The notes below the pieces were generated by a model. It saw only the letters and a list, made by a program, of their open reading frames with translations, was not told the DNA's origin and ran no database searches. The translations under genes and the position numbers were made by a program. A DNA stretch of 64,000 bases from Blastocladiella emersonii ATCC 22665 (taxonomy: Eukaryota > Fungi > Blastocladiomycota): the NCBI GenBank assembly GCA_025594325.1, contig JANHCV010000010.1, forward strand, positions 186,001 through 250,000. Reading direction: 5' to 3'. Position 1 is the stretch's first letter; every line of letters begins with the position of its first letter. This document shows positions 54,696 to 63,682 of the stretch, one piece after another.

Positions 54696-56035
54696 ATGTT
54701 CGGGTCGCACTATGTTCCTGCGGTCACCGAGAGAATCCTCGTTCATGCCGTCGCGCTGCACGGCGACCCGGACGACGTTCGCGGTCTCGTCCAGTACGCG
54801 CGAGTAATGCCGCGCGCGCTTATCCCTCGAGTTCAAGACGCGATTCTATTTCGTGCACCGAGCTTGTCCCTCGACCACGCGACTTCGCACGGAAAAGTTG
54901 CGGTGCTTGATGTGTGGCGCGATCGTGGTCTCGCGTTGAAAAGCTCCACGACAGCGCTCGTGAGTGCAGCTAAACGCAGAAAACTCCGTACTCTTGAGTG
55001 GTGGCGAGATTCGAAGACCCTTGACATCAATGAGCTCAAGGCTTGGCTCATTGCAAAGGTCCCGCCCGGCGAGGTTGGGGTCGGGCTTGGAGTCGCGCTT
55101 GGAATCGGCACCCTGACCTATGACGCGACTGGAGATGCAATCGTACGTCTCGCTCGTTTTGGAGAGTTTGCTGCATTTGCGGAGGCTCACTCACCGAGTA
55201 TGCAGGGCTTCACGGAGGCGCGAACCGTGGACTCAGCGATCCTGGAAGAGTGCAGGAGTATCAGAGCAGGAGCCGCCATGTCGATTAGCTTTGACTTTGA
55301 GCCGATTTCAATGGCCGGTGTTCTTGCCTTCAACGATGCTCTGGACAGCACGTCGCACCCGATTATGTCGCTATCCTTTGACAGGTGTACCCTCGACCTT
55401 CCTTGGCTGCATGCGCTGCGACTTCCCGTGTCATTGCGTTCGATCGAGCTCTCTGGAATCTGGCTTGGAAGTATGCCTCCGAGATACTCGCTGGAACCAG
55501 TGCGCTGGCCATCACTGCTGGCTGCGTCCTCCCCGATTCTTCGGCGCAACTGATCGCCTCAATTCCTCCTTCTCTGGCCGAGCTTATCCTCAGCGAAAAC
55601 GAGCTGAGAGGCGAGGCCGCGTCGGCCCTTGCAGGCTGGCTCCCTGATGGACTCGAGGTCCTTGATCTCAGCGACTACCGCCTCAAGTCCGTGTAGCTGG
55701 CCTTGATAGTGCCTCGACTGCCCGCGACTCCCCTCGAGCTTTACTTGACTGGCAATCAAATCAAGGACCAGGGCGTGGAGCAGCTGCTTCCGCACTTTCC
55801 GCAAAAGCTCGAGGTGCCGAGCCTGAGTGACACAATGATCACGGACGCCGTCTTGACAAGTGCCTGGCCGCCCACGCTCACGACGCTGGACCTCACCTGC
55901 AACAAGATCTCCGACACGGGCGTGGAAGTGTTTGCTGAGTATTTGCCGCCAAATTTGGCTCTTCTCGATATGAGAGTTGAAGCGTACTTGACTGGGAGGA
56001 AGCTCGGCACAATGGACGTGCGATCTTGGCGGAGA
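54696..56035 (+). pseudogene. Ankyrin-like/RNI-type LRR gene (LRR5), pseudogene
   Basis: Family N-terminus YVPAVTERILVHAVALHGDPDDVRGLVQYARVMPRAL; frameshift near 55510-55550; TAG at 55694-55696; further LRRs (WPPTLTTLDLTCNKISD) end at the retroelement boundary. Confidence 0.8.
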
Positions 56036-56350
56036 TGAAGATCGAGGAAATGAAGAGGTTCACAAGAGGGGACGGTGAAGAGGTTCACAAGAGGAGACAG
56101 TGAGGAGGTTCACGAGAGGACAACAGGCTGTATGTGGTGGCTAATACTAGCAACTGGTCAAAGGAACAAGAGAGAGAGGGGATGCGGAGGCGCGTCGTCC
56201 AATGTGAGCGGGCCGACGCGTTGCTCGGTGAGGTGAGGCGGTCCGCGGCGATGACAAAAGGAGATCGGCGCGGTGCGCGTGACGCGCGTGACGCGGGCGG
56301 GGTCGCACGCGTCCGGTGACTGTGGCGCAACGCGGTCACGTGTACTTGAA
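56036..56350 (-). repeat. Putative 3' LTR, preceded by a polypurine tract
   Basis: PPT gggggagag (56359-56351) just after the pol stop; three 25-bp gaagaggttcacaagagg-type repeats; ends ...cttca at 56036. The PPT-side end is TT/TC rather than TG, so boundaries are tentative. Confidence 0.55.
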
Positions 56351-56379
56351 CTCTCCCCCGACCGCCGGGCGAGTCGAGC

Positions 56380-58932
56380 TTACGCGTCGGACTCGGCGTG
56401 CTCGTGGATGAGCGACCGCGGGACGAGGCCGAGACTGGACACGGCCCACTGGAACGCCTTGCCGTTGACAATGGCCTTGGTGAAGAAGTCGGCGAGGTTG
56501 AGCGCCGACGCGACCTTCTGGAGCGAGATGATGCCGCGCTTGACCTTGTCGCGGAGGAACTCGATGCGGACCGAGATGTGCTTGACGGAGCGGCACACGG
56601 CATCGGTTCGAGTCACGGCGATCAGCGGCTCGTTGTCCTCGAGCAGGACGGGCGGGTTGATCTCGGAGTGTGTCATCTGCTTGAGCAGGTCGCGGATCCA
56701 GATGACCTCGCGCGTCGCCTCGGTGGCGGCGTTGAGCTCCGACTCGACCGTGGACAGCGCGACCCATGGCTGGCGCTTGGACATCCGCGCGACGGCGGCG
56801 CCCGCGATCGAGATGACGACGCCCGTGGTTGAGCAGCACGTCGCCTTGTCGCCCGCGTAGTCGGCGTCGGCGTAGCAGCGCATCGACTCGTTGATGGGTG
56901 CCTTGCGGGCGAACTTGAGGCCGTGGTCGGCCGTATTAGACACGTAGTGGCAGATCTGGTTGAGCACCTTGCGATCTGCGAAAGTTGGGCACGCCGCGCG
57001 GCGGGACGCGACGCCGACCGCGAACGAGATGTCGGGGCGCGACACGGTGGCGAGATGGAGTAGCGCGCCAAGGACCGACTGGTACGCGCGAGTGCAGTCC
57101 GCGTCGAGCGTGGTGGTCGAGTGCGTGATGTTGACCTGCGACGCGTCGTACATGTCGTCGCTGGGGGTACCCGCGTCGAGCGTGGTACCCGCGGTCTTGG
57201 GCGACCTGAGCATCGTGTTGGTGATACCGGACTCAGGCAGCTGCGAGATGGGCACCGGCGCGTTGGTCTTGCCGAGCTCCCAGTGGTTGACGAGGCCCTT
57301 GACGTACCCTGTCTGCCCGATCCAGATGTAGTCCTCATGCTGGACCACCTCCATGTTGAGGAACGAGTCGGCGAGACCGAGGTCCTTGATGTCAAAGACC
57401 TTGGCGAGGTCGGCCTTGACACCCTTGACCTGCTCCTCATCGTCGCCGCCGATCAGGAGGTCGTCGACGTAGCAGATGAGGTTGGTGACGCAGCTGTTGA
57501 GCAGGCGCGTGAACACGCACGGGTCGGCCGAGGTGTGCTTGAACCCGAGCTTCTTGACCTCGCGCGAAAAGAGCAGGTACCAGTGACGGCCTGCGTCCTT
57601 GAGGCCGTACAGCGACTTGTTGAGACGGTACACGTCGTCATCGGTGGCGCTGACACCGGGTGGCGGCCGCATGTACACGGGTTTCGGGAGCACAGCGTGG
57701 ACGTACGCGGACGACACAGCCATGGAGTGAATTCGCCAATCGCGCGACGCGGCGACGGCGAAGAAGGCGCGGATTGACGCGTACGAGACCGTGGGCGAGT
57801 AACAGTTGTCGACGTCGATCCCGGCGCGCTGTTGATCTCCTTGGGCGACGAGGCGCGCCTTGAAGATGTCCTTGGCGGCCTTGTACGCGTAGACCCACTG
57901 CGAGCCGATGATGCGGGCGTCGGCGGGGACGTCGGCCTTCTTGATCACGGTCCAGGTACCGTTCTTGTACAGCGACGTGAGCTCCTTGATCTGGGCGCTG
58001 GCCCAGCGCTCGCGGTCGGTCGACCTGCACGCGTCGCGGAAGTTACGCGGCACGTCGATCACGGTGAGGACCACCGACTGAGTCGGCTCACGAGCAAACT
58101 CCCACGGCAGGTGGTGTGGTGGTGCTGTACTCGCGGCCGCGGTGATCTTGTCGCGCGGGGATGGCGTAGATGAGGTTGGAGCCGGGGACTCCTGCTGCTG
58201 CGCGGACATGGCGTGATGCCCGCTGTTCTTGCGCGTGTCGCGGTTGGCGATGGTCGAGTCGCGCGGCGTGCGGAACAGCGTCACGAGTGGGTAATTGTCG
58301 GGTAGCGGGTCCTCGTCGTCCTGGGACACCGCCACGTTGGCCTGCGCCCGCGCAGTCGTGCAACCGCCACGCGTCGTGACGGCCTTGCGCGGCAGCTCGT
58401 AGTTGCCCGTCTTGGGGTTGTAGACGAGACCGTCAAACTCGTCAGCGTTCTCCTCGTCGTCCTGGTCGACCGCTGGTGCTGGTGCGGGTACACGCGGTTC
58501 GGGAACTGGCGGTGTTGCGGGACGCGGCGAGGTGGTCAAGGACGACGGGGTCGAGTTGTTGACGGCAGGCGAATCGGTGCGCGACGAGGGATCCTCGTAG
58601 TCGGGATCGCGGGGATCGTAGCGCGCACCGTCATCTGTGACGTGGTGCGTCTCGAGGTCCTTGAACATGTGGCGAAACGCCTCGACGCTCGACGTGGCGC
58701 GCTTGATGAGCGAGCGCTCGTCGAAGATGGCGATACGCACGCGCGCGATCTTGCGCGTGGACAGGTTGAGCAGGATCTGCTTCTTGGCCTCGTCGTCACC
58801 GTGGCCGAGGAAAATGTACGGCTGAGCCATTGGCTCGAGCTTGCCGATGTGCGAGCCGTGGATGACAGGCGCGTACGCGGTCACGCCCCACGCGCGGATG
58901 TTGGCGAGGTTCGGGACGCGGCCGTGCAGCAT
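56380..58932 (-). CDS. Copia pol 3' part: integrase C-terminus, reverse transcriptase, RNase H
   Basis: ORF of 850 aa with RVT_2 and RNase H motifs; the first RT catalytic Asp position reads SMAVSSAY instead of the usual MDV. Confidence 0.9.
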   Translation of the reverse strand: MLHGRVPNLANIRAWGVTAYAPVIHGSHIGKLEPMAQPYIFLGHGDDEAKKQILLNLSTRKIARVRIAIFDERSLIKRATSSVEAFRHMFKDLETHHVTDDGARYDPRDPDYEDPSSRTDSPAVNNSTPSSLTTSPRPATPPVPEPRVPAPAPAVDQDDEENADEFDGLVYNPKTGNYELPRKAVTTRGGCTTARAQANVAVSQDDEDPLPDNYPLVTLFRTPRDSTIANRDTRKNSGHHAMSAQQQESPAPTSSTPSPRDKITAAASTAPPHHLPWEFAREPTQSVVLTVIDVPRNFRDACRSTDRERWASAQIKELTSLYKNGTWTVIKKADVPADARIIGSQWVYAYKAAKDIFKARLVAQGDQQRAGIDVDNCYSPTVSYASIRAFFAVAASRDWRIHSMAVSSAYVHAVLPKPVYMRPPPGVSATDDDVYRLNKSLYGLKDAGRHWYLLFSREVKKLGFKHTSADPCVFTRLLNSCVTNLICYVDDLLIGGDDEEQVKGVKADLAKVFDIKDLGLADSFLNMEVVQHEDYIWIGQTGYVKGLVNHWELGKTNAPVPISQLPESGITNTMLRSPKTAGTTLDAGTPSDDMYDASQVNITHSTTTLDADCTRAYQSVLGALLHLATVSRPDISFAVGVASRRAACPTFADRKVLNQICHYVSNTADHGLKFARKAPINESMRCYADADYAGDKATCCSTTGVVISIAGAAVARMSKRQPWVALSTVESELNAATEATREVIWIRDLLKQMTHSEINPPVLLEDNEPLIAVTRTDAVCRSVKHISVRIEFLRDKVKRGIISLQKVASALNLADFFTKAIVNGKAFQWAVSSLGLVPRSLIHEHAESDA

Positions 58933-60505
58933 CTCGAACGGCGTCTTCCAGCCAAGGGCGACGCGCGGTGTTCAATTCCACACAAAGTTCGCGTGATCGA
59001 TGGCGTACCACCACAGCGAGGTGGCGGCGGTGCTCCTCAACGAGCCCGTACCGCGGGTTGAACAGCTGGTGCAGCGCGTCGCGGCCTGCGTGGCCGAACC
59101 GCAGGTGCGTGATAATGGCCGAGATGATCGACTTGGCCTCGGATTTCGATGGCGAGGATCGAGGGCTGGCGGATGTTGAGGGCGAGGTCTCGGCGGCCGT
59201 GCCGGATGGTGACGATGGTGGTGGTGCCAAAGAAGATGATGGCGCCAACGACGCGGCGGCAGCAGTGCCTGTCGCCGTGGCCGTGTCCGAGGTCGCTCCC
59301 CCCATCTTGGTCAGGTTCGCGAACGCGAGTAGTAGGCGATCGAGATAGTTGTGCTCGCGCGGGTCGGCTCCCCCAGCCGTGGATGGTGAACCAGCTCCCC
59401 CTGCTCCAGGCGGCAAGCTGGCTCCCCCGTCGGTGGTGGCAAGCGGCGGGCCGGCTCCCCCGACGTCGGTGAGCGGCGGACCGGTTCCCCCAACGTCGGT
59501 GAGCGGCGGACCTGCTCCCCCGACGTTGGCAGGCAGGTCCTCGGGTAGAAGAGCAGCGTCGCCGAGCATGGAGTCGAGCATGGTGGCCAAGACGGGCTCA
59601 TTGGAGCCAAACGACTCGACGTCGCCGTCAAAGTGGTGGTCAGGCTCGTTGACGTGGCCGGCCAAGTACACGTCGTGCATGGCGTGGTCGAGCATGTCGA
59701 GGAAGTTCAGGCCGAGCGCGGGCGTCTTGGCGGCGGTGTTGTCCGACAACTGGAAGTCGAGGAACACGGACAGGTCTGTCATGGCGACGGCGGGGTGCAA
59801 GACCCGCTTGTCGGTGATGATGGTCGTGTTGAGCAGCAGCACGTTGCCTGAGTTATCGAGCTTGATCTCGTGCGTGATGGCGCCGTCCCACGAGGTCGCG
59901 GCGGGGTCGCGGGCGCAGATACTCACGCCGCCGTCAAACATCTTGACCTTGTAGCCGCTGCCCTTGGCCGCGAGCACGTTGAATGACACAATTGGGACAA
60001 TGAGCTCGGGCACGAAGAAGGTGTTGGCCATGAGGATCCAGACGGGCTTCTTCTCGGTGGTGGTGCAGGTCGCGAGGATGTGCTTGCCCGTGGCGGCCTG
60101 GATCTTGATGGGCCGGAGCAGCTTGCGCGCGTTGCGCAGGTGGCGGAACACGTTGGTCATGGTATTTGACGCGCCCGAGTCGCCGACAAAGGCGGTCTGC
60201 CAGCGGGCGACCTGCTTGGCGAGCTCCTTGTTGAGGAACTGGGGCTTGATGTAGTGCTTCACCTTCTCGCGGCGCGAGGCGATGATGGTGAAGGCGACCG
60301 GCAGGGTGTCGGTGGGACACTTTCGATGGTCCGAGTTGGTGGTGGGCTTGCCATTGGGCGAGATGATGGGCGGCTCGTCAACAAGCATGGCGTCGTGGAC
60401 GCGCGAGGATGGTGGCGATGGGTGCCAAGGATCTGGAGCGGGCGGCGGAAGGGGAGCAGGGACAGGCCGGGGCGCGACGTCTACTGCTCCCCACGGCCGT
60501 TTCCC
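58796..60505 (-). CDS. Copia pol 5' part: aspartic protease and integrase zinc-finger start, in the -1 frame relative to gag
   Basis: FVGDSGASNTM, NTFFVPEL..PIVS and ITHLRFGH; continues into a frameshifted deletion junction. Confidence 0.85.
   Translation of the reverse strand, partial: GKRPWGAVDVAPRPVPAPLPPPAPDPWHPSPPSSRVHDAMLVDEPPIISPNGKPTTNSDHRKCPTDTLPVAFTIIASRREKVKHYIKPQFLNKELAKQVARWQTAFVGDSGASNTMTNVFRHLRNARKLLRPIKIQAATGKHILATCTTTEKKPVWILMANTFFVPELIVPIVSFNVLAAKGSGYKVKMFDGGVSICARDPAATSWDGAITHEIKLDNSGNVLLLNTTIITDKRVLHPAVAMTDLSVFLDFQLSDNTAAKTPALGLNFLDMLDHAMHDVYLAGHVNEPDHHFDGDVESFGSNEPVLATMLDSMLGDAALLPEDLPANVGGAGPPLTDVGGTGPPLTDVGGAGPPLATTDGGASLPPGAGGAGSPSTAGGADPREHNYLDRLLLAFANLTKMGGATSDTATATGTAAAASLAPSSSLAPPPSSPSGTAAETSPSTSASPRSSPSKSEAKSIISAIITHLRFGHAGRDALHQLFNPRYGLVEEHRRHLAVVVRHRSRELCVELNTARRPWLEDAVRDAARPRPEPRQHPRVGRDRVRACHPRLAHRQARANGSAVHFPRPR
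60451..60505 (-). promoter_or_regulatory. Putative programmed -1 ribosomal frameshift signal (G GGA AAC plus downstream stem)
   Basis: Heptamer at 60505-60499 is in the gag frame; 6-nt spacer; GGGGAGCAG (60492-60484) pairs with CTGCTCCCC (60459-60451). Confidence 0.75.
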
Positions 60506-62355
60506 GACGTTGTGCGGTTGGCGGGCGCATACTTGTGCACGTGCCACTCGCCCTGGCGCTGGCTCGGCTCAAAGCCGCGCGGCGGTGGGCCCGACTTGTA
60601 GCCCTCGTAGCGCAGGTCGTGGTTCAGGCTGAACTCACCCCACGGCCGGATCGGACAGCGGATCTTGTTGTGGCCGGTGACCTTCTTCTTGTCCTTGTAG
60701 ATGCACCACTTGCACTTGCGCAGGCAGTCGTCGCCGGTGCGCGGGCGTTTCGGGTTGCTGTGGACGTGGTCGTGGTGGTTGGAGCCACGGTCGGTGCGGG
60801 AGGACAATGATGAAGAGGACGACAACGACAACGAGGATGCCAACGGCGTGTTGGACTCGTCGTGGTGCTTGCGCTTACCAGTGCCCAACGAGGTGCGCGG
60901 GACCCACGAGTGGTCGCCAAACTCGTCCTGCAGCTTCTCGCACAGCGCCTCAATGGTGGGCATCTTGCTGCAGGCGCGCAAGATGTGCGACGCGACTGTC
61001 TCGCTCTGGCCGTCAAACTTGGCTCGGAACAGCGAGATGATCTTGTCAATGCGCAGGTGGGTGCCGGGAATGCACGCGTTGACAAGCGAGATCTCAGCGC
61101 GGAACGCAGAGGCGAACGTTGCGGCGGACGGGAAGGCGCCGGGGCGGAGGTCCTTGAGCTTCTTCATGGCGCGGTCGCGGCGCTCGACGAGTACGTTGAG
61201 GTTCTGGTACTGGTCCATTATGTGCGCCCACACGTCGCACGCGTGGGGGAAGTGCGTGTAGGCGGCGCTTGACGAGTGGTGGCCCATGAGCAACAGCAGC
61301 TTGTTGCGGATCATGGTGTCGAGGTTCAAGAAGAGGATGATACCGGCGTTGTTACCAGCGAAGGTGACCGTGTTGAGCGTGGTTGGGTCCTTCTTGATGA
61401 TGCAGAGTTGCTTTCTGCAGAGTAGACGGTGCTTGATCTCATCGGTGGGGAAGTCGATCCAGCCGTCAGTCAGGCGCCACGTAATCGAGTTGAAGGCGTC
61501 CGATTGCTTGGTGGGCAGGGAGTAGCGCCAATCAATGCCGGTCGTGACGACGGGTGCTGGCGAGGTAGACGAGAAGGCGGCCGCCGCTGCGGCGGCGCGG
61601 GCGACCGTCAAGACGATGGTCTCCTCGAGGTGGCCCACCTTGGACTTGAGGTTGGTGGTCTCGAGCTCGGCCGCCTTGAGCTTACTGTCGGCGACGGCGA
61701 GTGCGTCGGCCGAGGTCTGCGCGCGGTGGCGGGCCTGCTCAGCGGCCGTGTTGGCCGTGGTGATGGGCGTGTTGGCCGAGGCGAGCTGGTCGCGCAGGTC
61801 GGCGATGGTCTTCTTGGTCGTCTGGGCGACGGACTCGAGATGGGAAATCTTCTCGGTGAGTTGCTGTGCGTCAGGCTGTGCGGCGCGAGGAGCACCGGCA
61901 TCGGGTTGCTGAGCAGCGAGGAAGACGGTCACGGCCATGAGCAGCTCGGGCTTGACGATGGCCAACGGGATCGTCAGGTTGACGTTCATGATGAGCGAGG
62001 CGCCACATGGGACGAGGCCATGCGCGAGGTACGCGTCAACGGTTGTCGTGTCGGCGGCAGGGGTCCAGTGCGGCGTGAGGAACTCGAGCACCGTCTTGAT
62101 GTTGTCGCGCGACGAGATGGAGACAGTCGAGTTGTGGCGCAGGATGACGTAGTCGCGGGAGACCTCGTTGATGAGGTCTGTGATAGCGGTCGTGCGGGCC
62201 TCGTTGAACTGCTCCTCGGTGATCTGGTTGACGGGGGTACTGGTCTCGCGCGCGGCGGCAGCGAGAATATCTTCATGGCGGAAGATGGCCAGGTACTCGT
62301 TATTGGCGATGCCCGTGAGCTGCTCAAAGAGCACGAGGATGCAATGTGTGGTCAT
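60481..62355 (-). CDS. Retrotransposon gag-like protein with CCHC knuckle variant
   Basis: Open frame from MTTHCILVL; coiled-coil region, UBN2-like helical region, and CKWC-x10-H-x4-C. Confidence 0.8.
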   Translation of the reverse strand: MTTHCILVLFEQLTGIANNEYLAIFRHEDILAAAARETSTPVNQITEEQFNEARTTAITDLINEVSRDYVILRHNSTVSISSRDNIKTVLEFLTPHWTPAADTTTVDAYLAHGLVPCGASLIMNVNLTIPLAIVKPELLMAVTVFLAAQQPDAGAPRAAQPDAQQLTEKISHLESVAQTTKKTIADLRDQLASANTPITTANTAAEQARHRAQTSADALAVADSKLKAAELETTNLKSKVGHLEETIVLTVARAAAAAAAFSSTSPAPVVTTGIDWRYSLPTKQSDAFNSITWRLTDGWIDFPTDEIKHRLLCRKQLCIIKKDPTTLNTVTFAGNNAGIILFLNLDTMIRNKLLLLMGHHSSSAAYTHFPHACDVWAHIMDQYQNLNVLVERRDRAMKKLKDLRPGAFPSAATFASAFRAEISLVNACIPGTHLRIDKIISLFRAKFDGQSETVASHILRACSKMPTIEALCEKLQDEFGDHSWVPRTSLGTGKRKHHDESNTPLASSLSLSSSSSLSSRTDRGSNHHDHVHSNPKRPRTGDDCLRKCKWCIYKDKKKVTGHNKIRCPIRPWGEFSLNHDLRYEGYKSGPPPRGFEPSQRQGEWHVHKYAPANRTTSGNGRGEQ

Positions 62356-62608
62356 GGCGAAGACCACCGGTCGTGCGGACACGCGGCTCAGTGGCAGAGG
62401 AGGATGGTGTTGCAGGTAGTGAAGACTAGGAGTCGGATCGGCGGGGGCGACGGGGAGTGAGTAAGTGAGCGAGCTGCGGCGGCGGCGGCCTGGAGCGCGT
62501 TGCGCCACCCGAGGGACTCGCTGCACGCATGACGCCCGCTCCCCCGCATCGCGACCACCTTTTCCTTCGACGCAAAGTACACCAGGCACACACACACATC
62601 CCGGATCC

Positions 62609-63682
62609 GCACGGCGCCGCTCGGGAGCGGGCACCGACGTGGCCGCGGACTCGGAGCGGAACGAGTCGCGCATGGAGACCACGCGCCCGCGCTGCTGCGC
62701 GAACTACGGCAGGACCGCACGGCGCCGCCCAGGAGCGGGTACCGACGTGGCCGCGGACTCGGAGCGGAACGAGTCGCGCATGGAGACCACGCGTCCGTGC
62801 TGCTGCACGAACTACGGCAGGGCCGCACGGCGCCGCTCGGGAGCGGGCACCGACGTGGCCGCGGACTCGGAGCGGAACGAGTCGCGCATGGAGACCACGC
62901 GTCCGTGCTGCTGCACGAACTACGGCAGGGCCGCACGGCGCCGCTCGGGAGCGGGCACCGACGTGGCCGCGGACTCGGAGCGGAACGAGTCGCGCGTACG
63001 AACCACGCGTCCGTGCTGCTGCGCGAACTACGGTAGGACCGTACGGCGCCGCTCGGAAGCGGACACCGACGTGGCCGCGGACTCGGAGCGGAACGAGTCG
63101 CGCATGGAGACCACGCGTCCGTGCTGCTGCACGAACTACGGCAGGGCCGCACGGCGCCGCTCGGGAGCGGGCACCGACGTGGCCGCGGACTCGGAGCGGA
63201 ACGAGTCGCGCGTGGAGACCACGCGTCCGCGCTGCTGCGCGAACTACGGTAGGACCGTACGGCGCCGCTCGGAAGCGGACACCGACGTGGCCGCGGACTC
63301 GGAGCGGAACGAGTCGCGCATGGAGACCACGCGTCCGTGCTGCTGCACGAACTACGGCAGGGCCGCACGGCGCCGCTCGGGAGCGGGCACCGACGTGGCC
63401 GCGGACTCGGAGCGGAACGAGTCGCGCGTGGAGACCACGCGTCCGCGCTGCTGCGCGAACTACGGTAGGACCGTACGGCGCCGCTCGGAAGCGGACACCG
63501 ACGTGGCCGCGGACTCGGAGCGGAACGAGTCGCGCGTACGAACCACGCGTCCGTGCTGCTGCACGAACTACGGCAGGACCGTACGGCGCCGCCCAGGAGC
63601 GGGCACCGACGTGGCCGCGGATTCAGAGCGGGATGAATCGCGCGTGGAGGCCACGCGTCCGTGCTGCTGCACGAACTACGGC
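62609..63682. repeat. Tandem array, 10 copies of a 108-bp unit, in the retroelement 5' leader
   Basis: Unit gcacggcgccgctcgggagcgggcaccgacgtggccgcggactcggagcggaacgagtcgcg...cgaactacggc; alternating A/B variants in copies 5-8. Confidence 0.95.

Noticed and set aside
62609-63682. Array considered as a possible CRISPR
   Set aside because: Units are contiguous near-identical repeats without unique spacers, there are no cas genes, and the context is eukaryotic.
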